From assembly GCF_004010195.1 (NCBI RefSeq), contig NC_057750.1:2734112-2798111 (forward strand): a stretch of DNA of 64,000 bases. Direction: 5' to 3'. Position numbers and translations under genes: made by a program. A model generated the notes under the pieces. It was not told where the DNA came from and did not search any database. It saw only the letters and a program-made list of their open reading frames with translations. Origin of the DNA: Chiloscyllium plagiosum (Eukaryota). Below, one piece after another: positions 61,955 through 64,000 of this stretch (position 1 is its first letter; each line of letters begins with the position of its first letter).

Positions 61955-62322
61955 GAAAGATAATACATGGCTTGGAAAGGGTGGACGCTAGGAAATTGTT
62001 TCCATTAGGCAAGGAGACTAGGACCCGTGGACACAGCCTTAGAAATTAGAGGGGGTAAATTCAGAACAGAAATGCGGAGACATTTCTTCAGCCAGAGAGT
62101 GGTGGGCCTGTGGAATTCATTGCCGCAGAGTGCAGTGGAAGCCGGGACGCTAAATGTCTTCAAGGCAGAGATTGATAAATTCTTGATGTCACAAGGAATT
62201 AAGGGCTACGGGGAGAACGCGGGTAAGTGGAGTTGAAATGCCCATCAGCCATGATTGAATGGCGGAGTGGACTCGATGGGCTGAATGGCCTTACTTCCGC
62301 TCCTATGTCTTATGGTCTTATG
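61955..62322 (+). mobile_element. Young CR1 3' fragment
   Basis: RTRGHSL and KFRTEMRRHFFSQRVVGLWNSLPQSAVEA, with a (CTTATGGT)n tail. Confidence 0.9.
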
Positions 62323-62524
62323 GAAAGGGCTTCATGAGAGTGTCAGTCAGACAACGTTAGATGCTGAGCCACAATGAAGCGCAGGCACCTAAAAGCTGAG
62401 CCCAAGATTTCAGGTTTAAGGAGCATCTTAAAGGAGGCAATCAGAAGAGAGGTTTAAGGAGGACATTCCAGGCTTGAGGCCTAGGTAGCTGAAAGCAAGG
62501 AGACTACTGAGATAGACCGGGGTT

Positions 62525-62799
62525 ATAGAATACTCACAGAACCCCTCCAGTGAGAAAGCAGGCCATTCAAGTCCACATCAACTCTCCAAAGAGCATCCCA
62601 ACCCAGACTCATCCCTCTGTCCTATCCCTGTAACCCTGCAATTCCCATGGCCACTCCACCCTAACCTGTGCATCTTTGGACTGTGGGAGGAAACCCCCAC
62701 AGACACAGGGAGAATGTGCAAACTCCACACAGACAGCGGGAATCAAACCTGAATCCCTGGCACTTGAAGCAGCAGTGCTAACCACTGAGCCACCGTGCT
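62525..62799 (-). mobile_element. HE1-like V-SINE, internally deleted
   Basis: Same head, core and tail as the other copies. Confidence 0.82.
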
Positions 62800-63489
62800 G
62801 CAGCTGAGGAGACTGAGAGGGGATATGATTTACATGTATAAAATTATGAGGAGCATAGGGAGTGGATATAAATTCAAAGTAAGATGCAGAACATTCAGAG
62901 GGAATGTGAGGAAAGTCTTTTTCACTCACGAGGGTGGAGGGAATCTGGAACTCAGTGTCTGTAAGGGCAGGAGGGGCAGGAACCCTCATCACATTTGGGA
63001 AGTATTTAGTCATCAACTCACAATGCCAATTAACAATGATCATCATTAGATTATTAATTCCAGATTTTTGAAAAATTGAATTCAAATTCCACCACAGCAG
63101 ATTTCAAACCTGCCATCCTTTTGAACATTACCAAGGTCTCTGATCCCAATGATGTTCTCACTCGGCCATTGCCTCTCCCAGTGAGTCCCCAGTGCACTCC
63201 CTCCATGGCAAGTATATCCTCTCTCAGGCAGGGAAACCAAACCTGCACTCAGTACTCCAGGTGTGGTCTCACCAGGGCCCTGGATTGTGCACTGAGTTAT
63301 CCCTACATCCGCAGGCAGATTCTCTTGCAGTGAAGGCTCACGGACCATTTGCCTTCCTAACTGCATGCAGCACCTGCCTGTGTACTGGCCATAATCATAT
63401 TGCTGTTAGTGGGATTTTGCTGTGCACACCTTCCTATGTTGCAATGACCACATTTCAACCACTTCATTGACTGCGAAGCTGATTGGATT

Positions 63490-64000
63490 GTCTTGGACAT
63501 AGAGATTAATTGTCCTATCATTTGGCTGTGCCACTTTGTGCTCACAATATTCGAAAGACGCACCAACACCAGCATTCTCGACCAGACCAACATCCCCAGC
63601 ATCGCAGCACTAACCACCCTCGATTGGCTACACTGGGCTGGGCACATTGTCCATGTGACTGAGATAAGACTACTTGAGCAGGTGCTCTATTCCCAGCTCC
63701 AAAACAGCAGTTGATCCCCAGGTGGGACAGAGGAAGTGCTGCAGGGATACCCTCGAGGCCTCACTGGGGAAGTGCAGCATTCCTACTGACACCTGGCAGC
63801 CAGTTTCCCAAGACCGTCTAAAGTGAGGGAAGAGCATTTGGGAAGGTGTTGAGCATCTCCAGACTTACCTTCGGGAGAAATGGAAGCCAGGCAAAAGCAG
63901 TGAAAGGAGTTTGCTACCACGCCAATGTCCCACCCAGCCCTTTCCATGACCACCTCCTGCCCCAAGTGTAGCTGAGCCTGTGGCTGCACCATTGGTCTGT
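63490..64000 (+). mobile_element. RTE-clade LINE C-terminal fragment, running off the window end
   Basis: RRTNTSIL..TNIPSI..LHWAGHIVHV..IRLLEQVLYSQL, then GGQRK..RDTL..SL..CSI..DTW and a terminal CPKC motif. Confidence 0.78.

Noticed and set aside
1..64000. CRISPR array, prokaryotic operon or endogenous viral gene
   Set aside because: I saw no regularly spaced repeats, no long intact ORFs and no viral motifs. The sequence is intron-containing vertebrate DNA.

Overview
Vertebrate genomic DNA, most likely from a shark or other elasmobranch, judging by the HE1/V-SINE-like, Deu-domain SINE-like and CR1 repeat content. The only host gene I can support is the 3' end of SAE1 (SUMO-activating enzyme subunit 1) on the + strand. 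Its last three coding exons lie at 12908-13052, 14653-14722 and 16809-16901, with a probable poly(A) signal at 17123. Bases 1-12907 are most likely one long SAE1 intron, and I found no recognisable gene in 17.2-64 kb. The rest is a dense, often nested mosaic of retroelements: CR1, a second CR1/L2-group LINE, Rex1/Babar, RTE, three or four tRNA-derived SINE families and many short Penelope-like (PLE) derivatives. There is a 672-base N gap at 36906-37577. The most interesting signal is RNA-level. At least four families of short, mostly TSD-flanked, often fold-back PLE-derived elements carry minimal type I hammerhead ribozyme motifs (CUGANGA-stem II-GAAA-NUH), about 15 intact or decayed copies in all. 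One copy has a compensatory U3-A8 core, one intact copy is on the sense strand of the SAE1 intron, and one 116-bp palindrome folds exactly at the predicted ribozyme cleavage site. PLE-associated hammerheads are a known class, so the novelty lies in these details. Repeat family names come from motif recognition rather than a database search, and repeat boundaries are approximate.
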